A stretch of DNA of 58,121 nucleotides, counting the filler, from Sphacelaria rigidula (Eukaryota): NCBI GenBank assembly GCA_964200075.2. It is 5 parts of 5 records of this genome, joined end to end, with 100 filler letters (N's around TTAATTAATTAA, not from the genome) between each part and the next. Parts side by side here need not be neighbours in the genome. Positions count along the whole stretch, not along the records: positions 23,291 to 34,834 come from CAXNAA020004807.1; positions 34,935 to 46,478 come from CAXNAA020004808.1; 3 more parts are not named here. One strand, written 5' to 3'. Made by a program: the position numbers and the translations under genes. The notes under the pieces are model-generated. The model did no database searches. It saw only the letters and a program-made list of their open reading frames with translations, and had not been told where the DNA came from. How positions within the stretch are numbered: the first letter of the stretch is position 1; the number at the start of each line of letters is the position of its first letter. Shown piece by piece: positions 23,991-35,147 of this stretch.

Positions 23991-26900
23991 GACGCGGGCG
24001 TGTTGCACCAGCTACACAAGTTAGCCACGGTGCACTCGCTACAGAAGGTGAACGTGGACGCGGTACGTCCACAAGAGGAACTACTCCGGATGGCCGGACA
24101 AATCAGCGCGTACGTGAGGGTGGCCCGCCGTCGCCACCTTCAAAACGTACCCGGGGAGCGACCGCTACTGCTGCATCATTCACATGAGCTGCGCGTCAGC
24201 GTCAACAAGCTTTCGATATTTTACAATGCCGCCGGCGTTAGAATTGGCGAAATTTCTGTGCTTCGTTTGCTCTGTTTCGTGCTCGATGCTGTCTGCGAGC
24301 TGCGTCTGCCGTTCTCGTAGTGATCGTCGATTTTGATGAAATGTCTGTGTGGGGGTTGGGGGTGGGGCCAGCGAACATGCCTCATTGTAACTCAGTCACA
24401 TCCGTCAAACACCAACTTTTGCGAGAACTATGTTGCAACTAGTTGCAATTGATCGGGTAGCTCTAGAGCTCTAAACAAACGAAAAGCATAAAGCTCGACC
24501 AACGTGTTCGTCGAGTTCGGCGTTGCCAAACACTGAAAGGAATGCCCAGATTCATTCCGACGATCCGGGGATGGGCATATTTTATCCCCCACTTCACTCT
24601 TCTCCCCCTTTGGTACCGTGAAGTGGTGCATTGTAATGCATGAAGGTTTGTGCCGGAGGAAAAGATCTGGAACGTCCCAGGTGTGCCATCTTCGTAGTCA
24701 TTGTTGATTTCTGGTGATGATTGGTCAGGGGATATCACTCAACGTGCGTCAGAGTACCTTCACCGTAACCCATGAACACCAACTTTTGAGAGATTGCTGC
24801 CAAAAAGTATTGTAATGGGCAAAAACAAAAAGGTTCCCGTCGAGTACGGCGTTGCCAAACACAGAGGTAATGGCTAAATTTGTTCCGAGAACCAGGGGAT
24901 AAGTCGTTTTCACCCTCGCATTGAACTTTGTTTTCCTACAAAACTGACGGCACTGGTCTCATGAACATTTGTACCAAAAGAAAAGGTCTGAAACGTCCCA
25001 GATCGCGACGCATCAACTGTCACGCACGTGTATCTTAATTGGAACAGAGGGTATCATGGTTGCATTTTTTTTGTCAACAGAGCCATACTCCACTGCTACT
25101 CCTGCCACTTGGTTTGTATTATTTTTTCATTTTGCAACTGTTGGGTAATTGGGGATAAAATTGTCTCTCTCCGGGTAGACCGGGCATTGTTCTACGTACC
25201 ATGGTTTCCACGAAACAGAGTTTTTCCCGTCAGGTACCTTGACCATATTTTCATCGGGACATTTTCCTCTATACAGTTTGAGTCACCACGTAACCTGCAA
25301 GCCGGTATTCATCGTTTGTGGAACCAGTTTTACACAAGAATTCGGGTACTGCTCGTACCGTGTCTACACGATGCGCATGGTGATTACATGCTTCTCTTCG
25401 CCAGGCCAAAGTGTCACGTCAGCGAAGCGCCCAAAGTTAAGCGGGACACTTGATGGGTGAGGGACACAAACACTTTCATGACAGAATATTTCAAACCTGG
25501 TGGATGGACACACCACTGCTGTACACGATAGGTACGAACACTCCGGATAGCGTGAAAACGCAGATGATCGTCGCTGTAGACATCGTTCTTTCTAGAACCG
25601 TTCTGGAAAAAACATGTTCAAGAAGATTGCTCCAGGCTGGAAGATGTTCAACAGCGTACAGGAAAGTTGTTCCAAGGTCGACGATATCTTACGAAGTTGG
25701 AGAAGCGCGTTCTGAGGTGGTCGGTATCTGACCATGTTCCAAAAAAGGTGTTCTAAACTGAGAGAATAGCTGCACATATTCGAGGAAATCCTTCTAGAGT
25801 GAACAGGTACTCTACGCGTGTTGGACACGAACGTCTCAACGGAAATCGTTTTTCTATATTTGTCGGACATATACCTACTGGAGTGAGCATGTCATAAACA
25901 TTCTGATATTCCCACGCGTTGTGTACTGTGCTGGCAGCGGGTTCAACACCAGCACAGGGGCATGATGAGAAATGATGGAGACCGCGCCCACAGGGCTTGA
26001 GAGGTCGGCAGCTTAGGTGCCGTAACTGTGTTCTCCGATTCCATGGTATCGTAATGTCTCCCCCATCATCTTGGCTGGACGAGAAATCCGTCGCCCCTGA
26101 ACCACCCCTTTACTGTGCTCCCGCCATGTTACGTGCAAAGATGCGCACGGAATCATTGGACAGCACAGCGGCAGACGCCCATCAATGGGCTGAATCTCCC
26201 ATGAAGAATCACAAATCTCGATCCACGGTCAGTCAAGACGCCAACTTCCACCGTTCCATTTCTCTCGTTTGTTTGCCCCCCTGTACACTGTGCCTCTCAG
26301 CGAAACCGACAAAAAAAGGTACCGTATCATGCTTCATTTTCCAAAACCCGTAATGGAGGACATCCTTGCAATATTTTTCTCATTTCGGACCAATATATTC
26401 GAGCCATAACGTTTCCGGGTAGGAACGTGCCTGCTCATGCCGGGACTATCGCCAACCTATGTGCAGTCCAAGAAAATTGACATTTTACTACCAGATCACA
26501 ACTCTACGGTCACAGTGTAGACCTCCAGGGCGAATCCTGCAGCTGTGGAGTTTTGCGCTGTAATGACACCCACACTAAGCCCCACTGTTGCAGAGTCTTC
26601 ATCCAAAGTTAGAGGTGTATAAATATGGCCGAAATATAACGACCACCAGCACACCCAGTACATGACGCTGGAGGACCTTGATTCGCAGAGGGGAAGGCGT
26701 TACGGATACGTTTGAAATCTAAGACGGTGTGAACACGTGAGGCTACTTGAGCAAGATACGGCCGTTTGCACGGATGCTCGCCAACGATTCTTTGCGTAGG
26801 CTGACTGGGAGCGGTGCTGGATCATTGCCAGTTATCAAGCGTGCTTTGCCCCCTGAGTAACATTCAGCCCAGCGAGTCTCGGGCTAGCTGAATGAAACCT

Positions 26901-27175
26901 TGGGAAGCATTGAACCCAGCAAGATTCTTTTATGTGCACGGCATGCTCTCACCTGACCATCTCAACCCGACACAGGGGTCACATGATCATCGGTGAAGGA
27001 GACGGCAAAAGTGAACATTTCACGTGATCATCTCCCATGACTATGATAGAACCGCTTCCGGAAGATTGACAAGTAGGAGAGACGCGAAAGTACATACTCT
27101 GCTCGACCTGCCCTTGACATACATCGCCACCCTATACCGTACTGTGCCGTACCGCACCGCACCTCACCACTCACT

Positions 27176-27386
27176 GAAGGTATCTCAATCTCGGTTCCCG
27201 GTTTCCTGGTTTATTCGCTGGCTCTAGGTTGTGTGCTATTTCTTCAAGTGAAAGTGATAGCGATTCATTAGAGGACCTGACCTGGCGGTCAAAGGGTCTC
27301 ATCATCTGATGGATCGCCATCACTTTCATGTGAAAAAAATAGAACGAAGCAAACCAGGAAACCGGGCACCGGTTTGAGATACCTCT
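27176..27386. mobile_element. Hairpin MITE with ACT target duplication
   Basis: Near-complete foldback: aggtatctcaa...gtgaaagtgatagcgat / atcgccatcactttcat...ttgagatacct. ACT on both flanks. Shares termini with 35362-35448. Confidence 0.8.
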
Positions 27387-28367
27387 ACTAAGGTGACTAC
27401 CTCCAGGGACCCACGTGCACGAGTGGCTCCTTCTCGCAAAGGACTTGCTGCAGAAACACGTGAAGCGGTCAACGACGCGCTCGATTGAGACACACTGCGG
27501 CGAAGAACATCGGCAAGTGGCATCTTGGAGTCACGGAGCGGCGGAAGACTTCGAAGACAAGTGTCGACGCAGAGACAAACGAGAATCGGACCGCCGCCAC
27601 AATCCACAGGCTGCTCGTCGAAAGCCGCTAATCGGAGAACTGCCCTCCCCAGCATAACAACGGCAACAGCTCGCGAGGAGGCCAAGATGGACATGACCGA
27701 GGAAATAGCCCGCTTTGTACGCGGACAGGGACAAATGTGAGAAGCTGGGTTAATATGGGAAACTCATGTACGCTGTACTTCCCCATCGGTTGTTTGTCCT
27801 CAGTCAATGGTCTAGCGATGTGCCCTGGTGCGCGTTTCTACCCGCTGTAGTGTACTGCGTCCTTTGAGTTTCACCATTTCTCTAGTCTCCTTTTCTGTTC
27901 TGTGCCCCTCTCCCCCATTTTTGCCTTTGCTTGGGTTCTTTACTCCCGGTGTGTACAATGAGAAGTTTGGCGCCTTTCTTCTGCAGGGTTCATAGATGGG
28001 AGCTTCATACCCAAAATAGTGCTATCGGGATGGGTGAGCCACAATCTGTTCCAACGGCGTTCTGCTTTTAGATTGGGTGCGAGTGTATACTTTGTGCGAA
28101 AGACCTTCTCCCTCCAAGCCGTATTGCAGAGACCGGCAATCTCTAGCTTCTCTCGTTCAAAATTATATCTTGATCTACTCTGTTGTCTGTTCTACCGTTC
28201 TGCTTTTTTTTACAGCAGCAAGCGTTCCCGTTTTTATTTTATTCGGGAAAGTCCATCATATGGCCACGGCTGGATCTCTAGGGCATCAGTTCATATGGGA
28301 TAAGCAATCCATCAGATCAATCAAAATCAAGTCTGTACACATGGGGGGTGTACTCATCTTCTCGCGT

Positions 28368-28930
28368 GCCATAGTCATGAGACCGTTGACCTCGCGTCCC
28401 TTCAAAGCTGGGACGGAACACGCCGAGGTTTCGACGGACAAGGCTCGCAATCAATCACCAAGCGCGAAGCGCCATGGTGTGCTCGACTAGTCGCATGAAG
28501 GGTGAGCTGCATCCTGGTAAGATTGTCCGGCCCACAACGTACTGATTATCTTGCATTTGGATGACAGCCCCCAATGAGTTGCTTCATTTTCTGGTGTCGC
28601 CAGTTCCAGGGACAGTCACAGCTTATACACTGCCTCATGGGTGTCTCACGATATCAACACCACCTAGCACGATCGTTTCTTTTGCGCACAGTATGACCTA
28701 GCTCATGGAGCTGAGGGTCTCCTACCCCGCACAATATGATCTAGCTCGACCGCCATCATGGTTACCGAAAAAAAAAACGCAAGCGCGCAGAACAAATCGG
28801 TCACCGGGTTGCCTAGCTCACGTAGCGAGTGGCGTTTTTTAGAGTGTCGTAGCCAACCGACGCCAACCCCATAGGGGGTCCGCCCCTACAAAGCCGGGGC
28901 GGAGCACGCCGGAGTTTCGCCGGACCAGCC
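28368..28930 (-). repeat. Reverse copy of the 13026-13570 repeat
   Basis: Colinear reverse complement with a small internal duplication. Confidence 0.8.
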
Positions 28931-31900
28931 GAAGAAGAAGGAGCGACAGTTTTAAAGCGGTGGTGGTGGGGTGGTCTGCGACGAGGAAAGTCGGAGTCTG
29001 TCGCTGAATCGCTGTTGATTACTCCCCTGGACGGACCAGCTCCGTGGTGTTGACTGAGGCTGCTGCTTTCATAGTACACCTCTTCCTGACTGCACGCAGC
29101 AACGCGCGTAGCTTCGGAATCCTCAGAGCTATGTTGCAAGAGATTTGGTCGGTGCCTACGAAGTCCGTCAGTCGAACAGACAATCCAACAACGTATCAGA
29201 CATAATTGGCGTGAAATTGGACTTGAATTGCCATTAGTCAAACGTGTGCCTCCACAGCTACGGTCTGGACAACGTCGAAACCTCGAGCGTTACGAAGTAC
29301 CCTGGAACCAGAAATATGTTCACGTGATGTACTGGCCAGGGAGATTATATTGCAAAAGGTTTGACGGGATACCATGCACGCCGCAAATTCAACGACGCGG
29401 CAGCACTTGGACAGCCTCATGAATACCGGGACGCCAACATACTTAACTCACCTCTGGTGCATAGCCCGCGTCCAACAATGATTGCAGAGTGTCGTACTGG
29501 CTTCAAAACAGGCTTACCTCCACAGACAGGGTAACTCAAAGTGAATGAAAAGAATTCAGAGCGGAGCGCGAATCGTGGCCAAGCGTTCAAAATCAGCACT
29601 GGGCGAAAATTGAGGGCCCTTCCCAACTCGGGGAAAAAGTAACACATGGGGCATGTGCTATTTTACTGGTCGGGGTGCGAATCGCTCAAAAGAAATAAAG
29701 GAAGGAAAATACAAACGTGTCCCGGCCCTTCATGATAAAGCGATCAAGCTAGCCAGTCAGAAGCATAAGATTTGCCTAGTCGTTTACAATACAATCGCAG
29801 AAGATACGCAGAACGCTTTTGGTACTTCAGTACATTCGCGCCGTTGGCTCGAAATAGTGTTTGCACCCGACAGAGCGCACTGAGGATTCGTTCGTTGAAT
29901 CGGCGCTGTTACCTGACTTTTTTCAAGTGAAAATGATGCCGATGCCAGATATGGACATCCAAGAGGTACAAGGCGTCGAGTGGTGTGGCATGCGGAGTTT
30001 GTAAGAATAAGGGATGGTGTGGACTTTTGGTGCAGAGAGACGCAGCGGACATCGACGCGCGGCATGCCGTGATCGAGGTGTGCCCTGCTGCAACCGCTTG
30101 TCTCTACCTTTTGCACGATCTCTGCGCCAAAAACAAAATGTGCTTACACTTGTGATGTCCACAAGTTCAGACAATCCGCTGATCGGAGAGTCTAGGGGTT
30201 TGCGGCCTATGGAGACATGAAGAAAAAAAAAAAACAGTTCGGCAGCTTTCATTTTTTCTTCAATTTGTGTTCCTCTGCGAGAATGTCTTGTCCACCACGA
30301 GGCTGCAGCTCTGCTTGCTGCACAAAGATGTAGAGGACAACGGTGCGCGGGCTGCTGCGATGCAATTGCGCATGTCTAGTGCAATCACGTGTTGCTATCG
30401 TTTTGAACAATCTCTGCGCAAACGAAACGCGCTGCCCGCGTAACGTTGCGGCCAACTGTAATGTACCCAATTCGGTAGACATCACTCGGTAAAGTGATAC
30501 TTGAAAAGAATCGTTTTACGCGATTTGAGTATGAACAGGGGAATTCGGATCTTTGGAGGGGCTTGTAGTCCCAAGTGCTCTCAGCGTGCGTAGGAATGTG
30601 TGTTTGTCTACATCGGCGCCGATATGAGAAGATTGAGGCCTATCAACGCCGTACGTTTACTACGAAAAACTTTGCAGTCTCCTTGTCCGAGAGTTTCCAT
30701 GTGTTTTGGTTGGAGTAGGTTTAGGGTCAGGTTCGAGGTTATCTCAAAATCATCCTTTGAAAAGCCTCCCTACCAAGTGGTAACATCATCTCCTTTCATG
30801 TTCCGACAGCCGGTGTGTCGGAGAGTCATGGGGTCTTGTCTGTGTCTTCTGCGGAACCGGCATCATCTCCACTCGAATATTGACCGTGAGACGAAGGGTG
30901 TCCACCCCGGCGATCAAAGGGTTACAGGCATTCACTTGGACACAAGAGGTGTGAGTCCATGCTGTCAGGGGCGCGGAGGTGTACATTGCCCACAGAGTTT
31001 CTGGATCCCAACACCGTTGTGCCCAAGTATTGTACAACGTTATACAGTTCAATGACATGAGTTATTTCCTCTTCCTGCTTTCCCCTGTGTTTCTTGCCTT
31101 CGCTAGTGAGTACCGGCGAGAGTAACACTATACCAAGCGTTGGGAGAGCATGACACCATCCCACCGGCATCGAAATAAAGGAAGCATTTCGACCGGCAGC
31201 GTGCGGTACCTGGATCTTGCATCCATTTTTCAAGTGAAACGTATAACCATGCAACATCTGATGGGCCCGGCGGGTGTTACTTGCTATAATATGGTATCCC
31301 AATAAACGAATAAGTTGAGTTTTTGTAGCGGATGGGTGCTGTACAGACGGCACGTCCCAACACGGCGGTACCGACAGACCTAGCACAACTTACATGAGAG
31401 CAAAACAGAGTCACGCCGGTGTCGTTAACTCGTGTACACAGCCAGGCCCTCCTGCATGGGTGAGCTGTGTCGCTCGAAATACAAGCGCAACCGCTTTTTT
31501 TGTGGGAAGTTCTCAGAGCGCATTACACATCGACACACGAACGTAGCGAGACGAAGTTACTCCGGCTCGATCGTATCGTGCAACGTTTCCCCGAGTCCCC
31601 TATCGTCTGTGGCTTCCTTCATTTGGTTTCAGTCATGTTCCGCTTTATGATGTGAGCGCGTGCCGTGCCGTGACAAGGAGGTTAGGCCCCTAAAGTGGGA
31701 TATGAAGCAAATAACGCACAAAAATTCGCACGAATCGCACACGCCGCCGAGGAGCGTTGGTTAGGCAAGATCGACACCTCGCAGGAGGCTCGCACCCATC
31801 CCATCCGGCCTCAAACATTTGCAGGATCCGTAGTTTTGAAATTTATACTGAAAAATGTACCAAGCGCGTGATTTCGCCGCTTTTTTTCTCATTTTTCAGC

Positions 31901-33622
31901 CATCACGTGCATGTCAGCAACGATGTCAGATGGTATAGTGCTCCCCCTGCGTGAAGAAAGATATCGTGTGAACCACCGTCTTGTGGAGAAGCCGAATATC
32001 CGCATATAAAAGGGCTGATTGCCGCGCATGTTAAACACGGTGGGTGAGAAGAACCCCCACAAATCAGCAGGTACGCTGCGGACTTCAACATGAGGGTCGT
32101 CAGGGAACACACTGAAAGCGCTGCATGTAACGTCTACTACACCAGAGAAAAAAAGAGTTGCACAGGGTCTCCAGAGAGCACACGAAGGCTGTAAAAAATC
32201 CGTTTCGGAAACAGAGCCCTATCGACGTCAAACGACGGAGGTGAGCATCACCGCTGCAGGACGATTTTTAGGCCCTTACGGACCGTGCTGTCGGGGTCTT
32301 ACGGCATCAACATGGACAAATCTCTATACCCACATCTTTCACAGACCCTCCTGGGGTCATCATAGCGTCTTCAGAGCTGCGGTCGCCGGCGGTGGAACAT
32401 TCAATACGGTAGGTGTGACCGAATTAGCAAAAAATAACAGCTTGATTGGTCTTACGGCTGCTTCTGCCGAGGTTTGGCACGTTGACAGGAAGGTCTGCAG
32501 AAGACCTGCACGAAGCTGAGGCCGTATAAGGTGAAGCTCCATAACACACAGCCTGTACAGTCTGTGCATCTGCATGTACAACTCCATCATGCAGCCTCCC
32601 CACCCCAAACTGGCGTAAAGGCGACGGTATATCATGAGGGAATGGGAACACCCGTTGGCACGGGCGAAGAAGTGCCTTTGAGGGCTAAAACTCCCTCGCT
32701 TGATGGCTCTCGGACTGAGCAGAGGGGCTGAAATGCTGCAAGCGACCTCGCACTGGCTCTGAATACCCGCGGACCAGTACAGGCTGCACAGGCGAAGAAC
32801 GTACGGACAGATCGCTATCCAACCACTACAACCGACCGCAGACTCGACTGTTTGTGTCATGTGCTCTTCCCGCGCGCAGGAGTTTAGCTCCAGTACACCG
32901 CCCGCATCCACCACTGACTGCACGGTGTTGTGCGGGCTTTAAATCACGAACAAAATTCTGACCGACAGAACGTGAAAAATGATGTGACTACTGCCCTGAG
33001 TACGACACACAGCAAACCACGAACCACGAGTGCAGTACGAAGCCCAGAGAGCATGGAATACCCAGCAAGAACAATGTGTGGCGACACTACCGCGCTCAGC
33101 ATGCTGCTTCTAGTGACCATTTTGACCGCGTGTTCCACACGCAAACATCGTGCATGTAGCTGAAGGTATCTTCACCCACATGTGACCAACTGAGACAGTT
33201 TCACTTGTACTGAAGAGCCAAAATACAAAGCTGCCGATGAATTCATAGTCTGAGGTGAAGTGGAAAGCACCATCAGCGAATGTCATACTATTTACTGAGG
33301 TCAGGGGTACAAATTTGACCTCAAATGACGGCTCTCACCTTGTGCTACTCGCATGTGCAAAGAGGCATCTTGCCGAGTTTCTTACGGCGAGAGGAGTATG
33401 CGATCGCGTCTAGGCGGCCAGAATACAACGTGACCTCAAGGCTTGAACAAATATCGACATCTGGTATTCGAGCTTCCCAAGAGATATATATCCGTGATAT
33501 CTTCACCCCAGTGGGTAGCGCTGAGCCGGCGTTGTTGGAGGACGTAGCTATCGATACGGTGAAAAGTTGAAGGCGAACACGACTTCTCTTTCATGCTCCA
33601 TGGGGTCTGCTCACTATGTGAG

Positions 33623-33623
33623 G

Positions 33624-33678
<55 letters not shown>
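33623..33678. repeat. (GTT)n microsatellite, ~18 units
   Basis: Perfect trinucleotide run. Confidence 0.97.
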
Positions 33679-34308
33679 CTCCACATTAAAAACCGTCGCG
33701 ATATCTGCGCGGTACGTTCGTGCTGGGCATCTGATGCGGACGCGTTCCGTGGTCACAGGCTAGCTACCTACCTAAATAAGGTATCGGGGAATAAAAATAA
33801 AAATAAACATAGACCTAGACCTAGATTCAACCTCACAAAATGCGATACAAGCGAAACAGGGATATATAATAAAGAAGAATACATATGGCTGACCTCAAGA
33901 GATCCGGTGCCGCAGGTGTGCACTCGAACTTCAGGGGGTGGTACCCGGCTTTCCAGGCCAAGGAGAAATGAACATGGGGTCCGACTGCGAGCGAGACTCA
34001 AAGACCCAAATACCACCAACCAAAGAACTAAGAATCGCAAGGTTCCATCGTTTGACCTCTCAAGGGACAGCCAAACGTACAAGCATACCAGGTGTATCAA
34101 GACAAGCACTGCATGATATAACGACACCCCTCATGTGAGGTGTGTGAGGGAAAGGGATAACACGTGAAACACCGGTTGTGGGCACGGCCAATTTGCCGGT
34201 AGTAAGCAAACGAGAGCGTGTTGGTCGCGAATGCCCCCGGAACCAAGTTCACAACAAACCCCAGTTTTCAAATATTCAGATACAAAGCAACAGTCGCATC
34301 GCTATCTA

Positions 34309-34640
34309 CCCGGATACACTGTTGACTTCCGTAAGACTTGAATACCGATACCAGACAGACCGTTCTGTACACTCCGGAAGACTTTCATCCTATCATCCGA
34401 CAGTTCTGTGAGTCCCGTAAGCCTCCCGTACCGTTACCGGGTGCACAGATATGCTCTTGACGAAATACCCGGTTACGCGTACGGTTTCCTGTGCTATCTC
34501 CATACCCTACCCGACAGTTCCTGTGAGTTCTGTAAGCCTCTCATACCCTTACCCGACAAATCTGTGACTTCTGTACATAATGAATACCTGTACCCGACCC
34601 GGAGCGTGGGTATGCCCATAGAGAAATACCCGATGGCTGG
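34309..34640. repeat. Degenerate minisatellite (~38-40-bp units)
   Basis: The motif atacc(c/g)tacccgaca..tctgtgagttctgtaag recurs at about 34390-34435, 34501-34541 and 34542-34600. Confidence 0.7.
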
Positions 34641-34834
34641 TACGAGCTGGGCCAGCCTAGAGGGGGATTTGAAGTTCGCAGGCCCATGCTCTTTTATACA
34701 TTTAGAGTTGGGCCCTGAAAGTTGGTATGGACAGTGCATAGGGCATGAGAAAAAAAATGACTGAAGTACCAAAAGAGTTTTTTTTTTTTTCATGAGTTCA
34801 GGGCATTTTGGTAATACCTTAAAACCGATTATTG

Positions 34835-34934
34835 NNNNNNNNNNNNNNNNNNNNNNNNNNNNNNNNNNNNNNNNNNNNTTAATTAATTAANNNNNNNNNN
34901 NNNNNNNNNNNNNNNNNNNNNNNNNNNNNNNNNN
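34835..34934. other. Assembly linker
   Basis: N-run with TTAATTAATTAA. Confidence 0.98.
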
Positions 34935-35147
34935 GGGGCGGCGGGGGGGGGCGGCGTTGTACTCATGATCATGCCTGCCATAGTCATTAGATCATTGACC
35001 TCGCAAGGGCGCAAGGTGAAGACCGTTTTGTTGGCGTGCTTGCTTGAGGGGAGCAGTATCGGTGCGCGACATGAACGCTCACAGCTTTTCCTGCTGTTAT
35101 TTTTGTCGGTTTGGTTTTCGAAACCTTGCAACTCTGTCGTCCGACAG

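Noticed and set aside
24560-25500. TGA-as-Trp alternative genetic code in the decayed minus frame
   Set aside because: A TAG stop and frameshifts are also present. Ordinary pseudogene decay or chance explains the TGAs.
13026-28930. ~540-bp inverted repeats as TIRs of a 16-kb giant element (Polinton/Mutator-like)
   Set aside because: Separated by an artificial linker between size-sorted contigs, no TSD, and no polymerase, capsid or matching transposase genes inside.
31889-33163. Cluster of short ORFs as a minus-strand gene
   Set aside because: No consistent splice-phase model or recognisable motif could be built by eye. It may be decayed TE coding sequence.
34309-34640. CRISPR-like periodic repeat
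   Set aside because: Units are degenerate and adjacent without unique spacers, there are no cas genes, and the context is eukaryotic.
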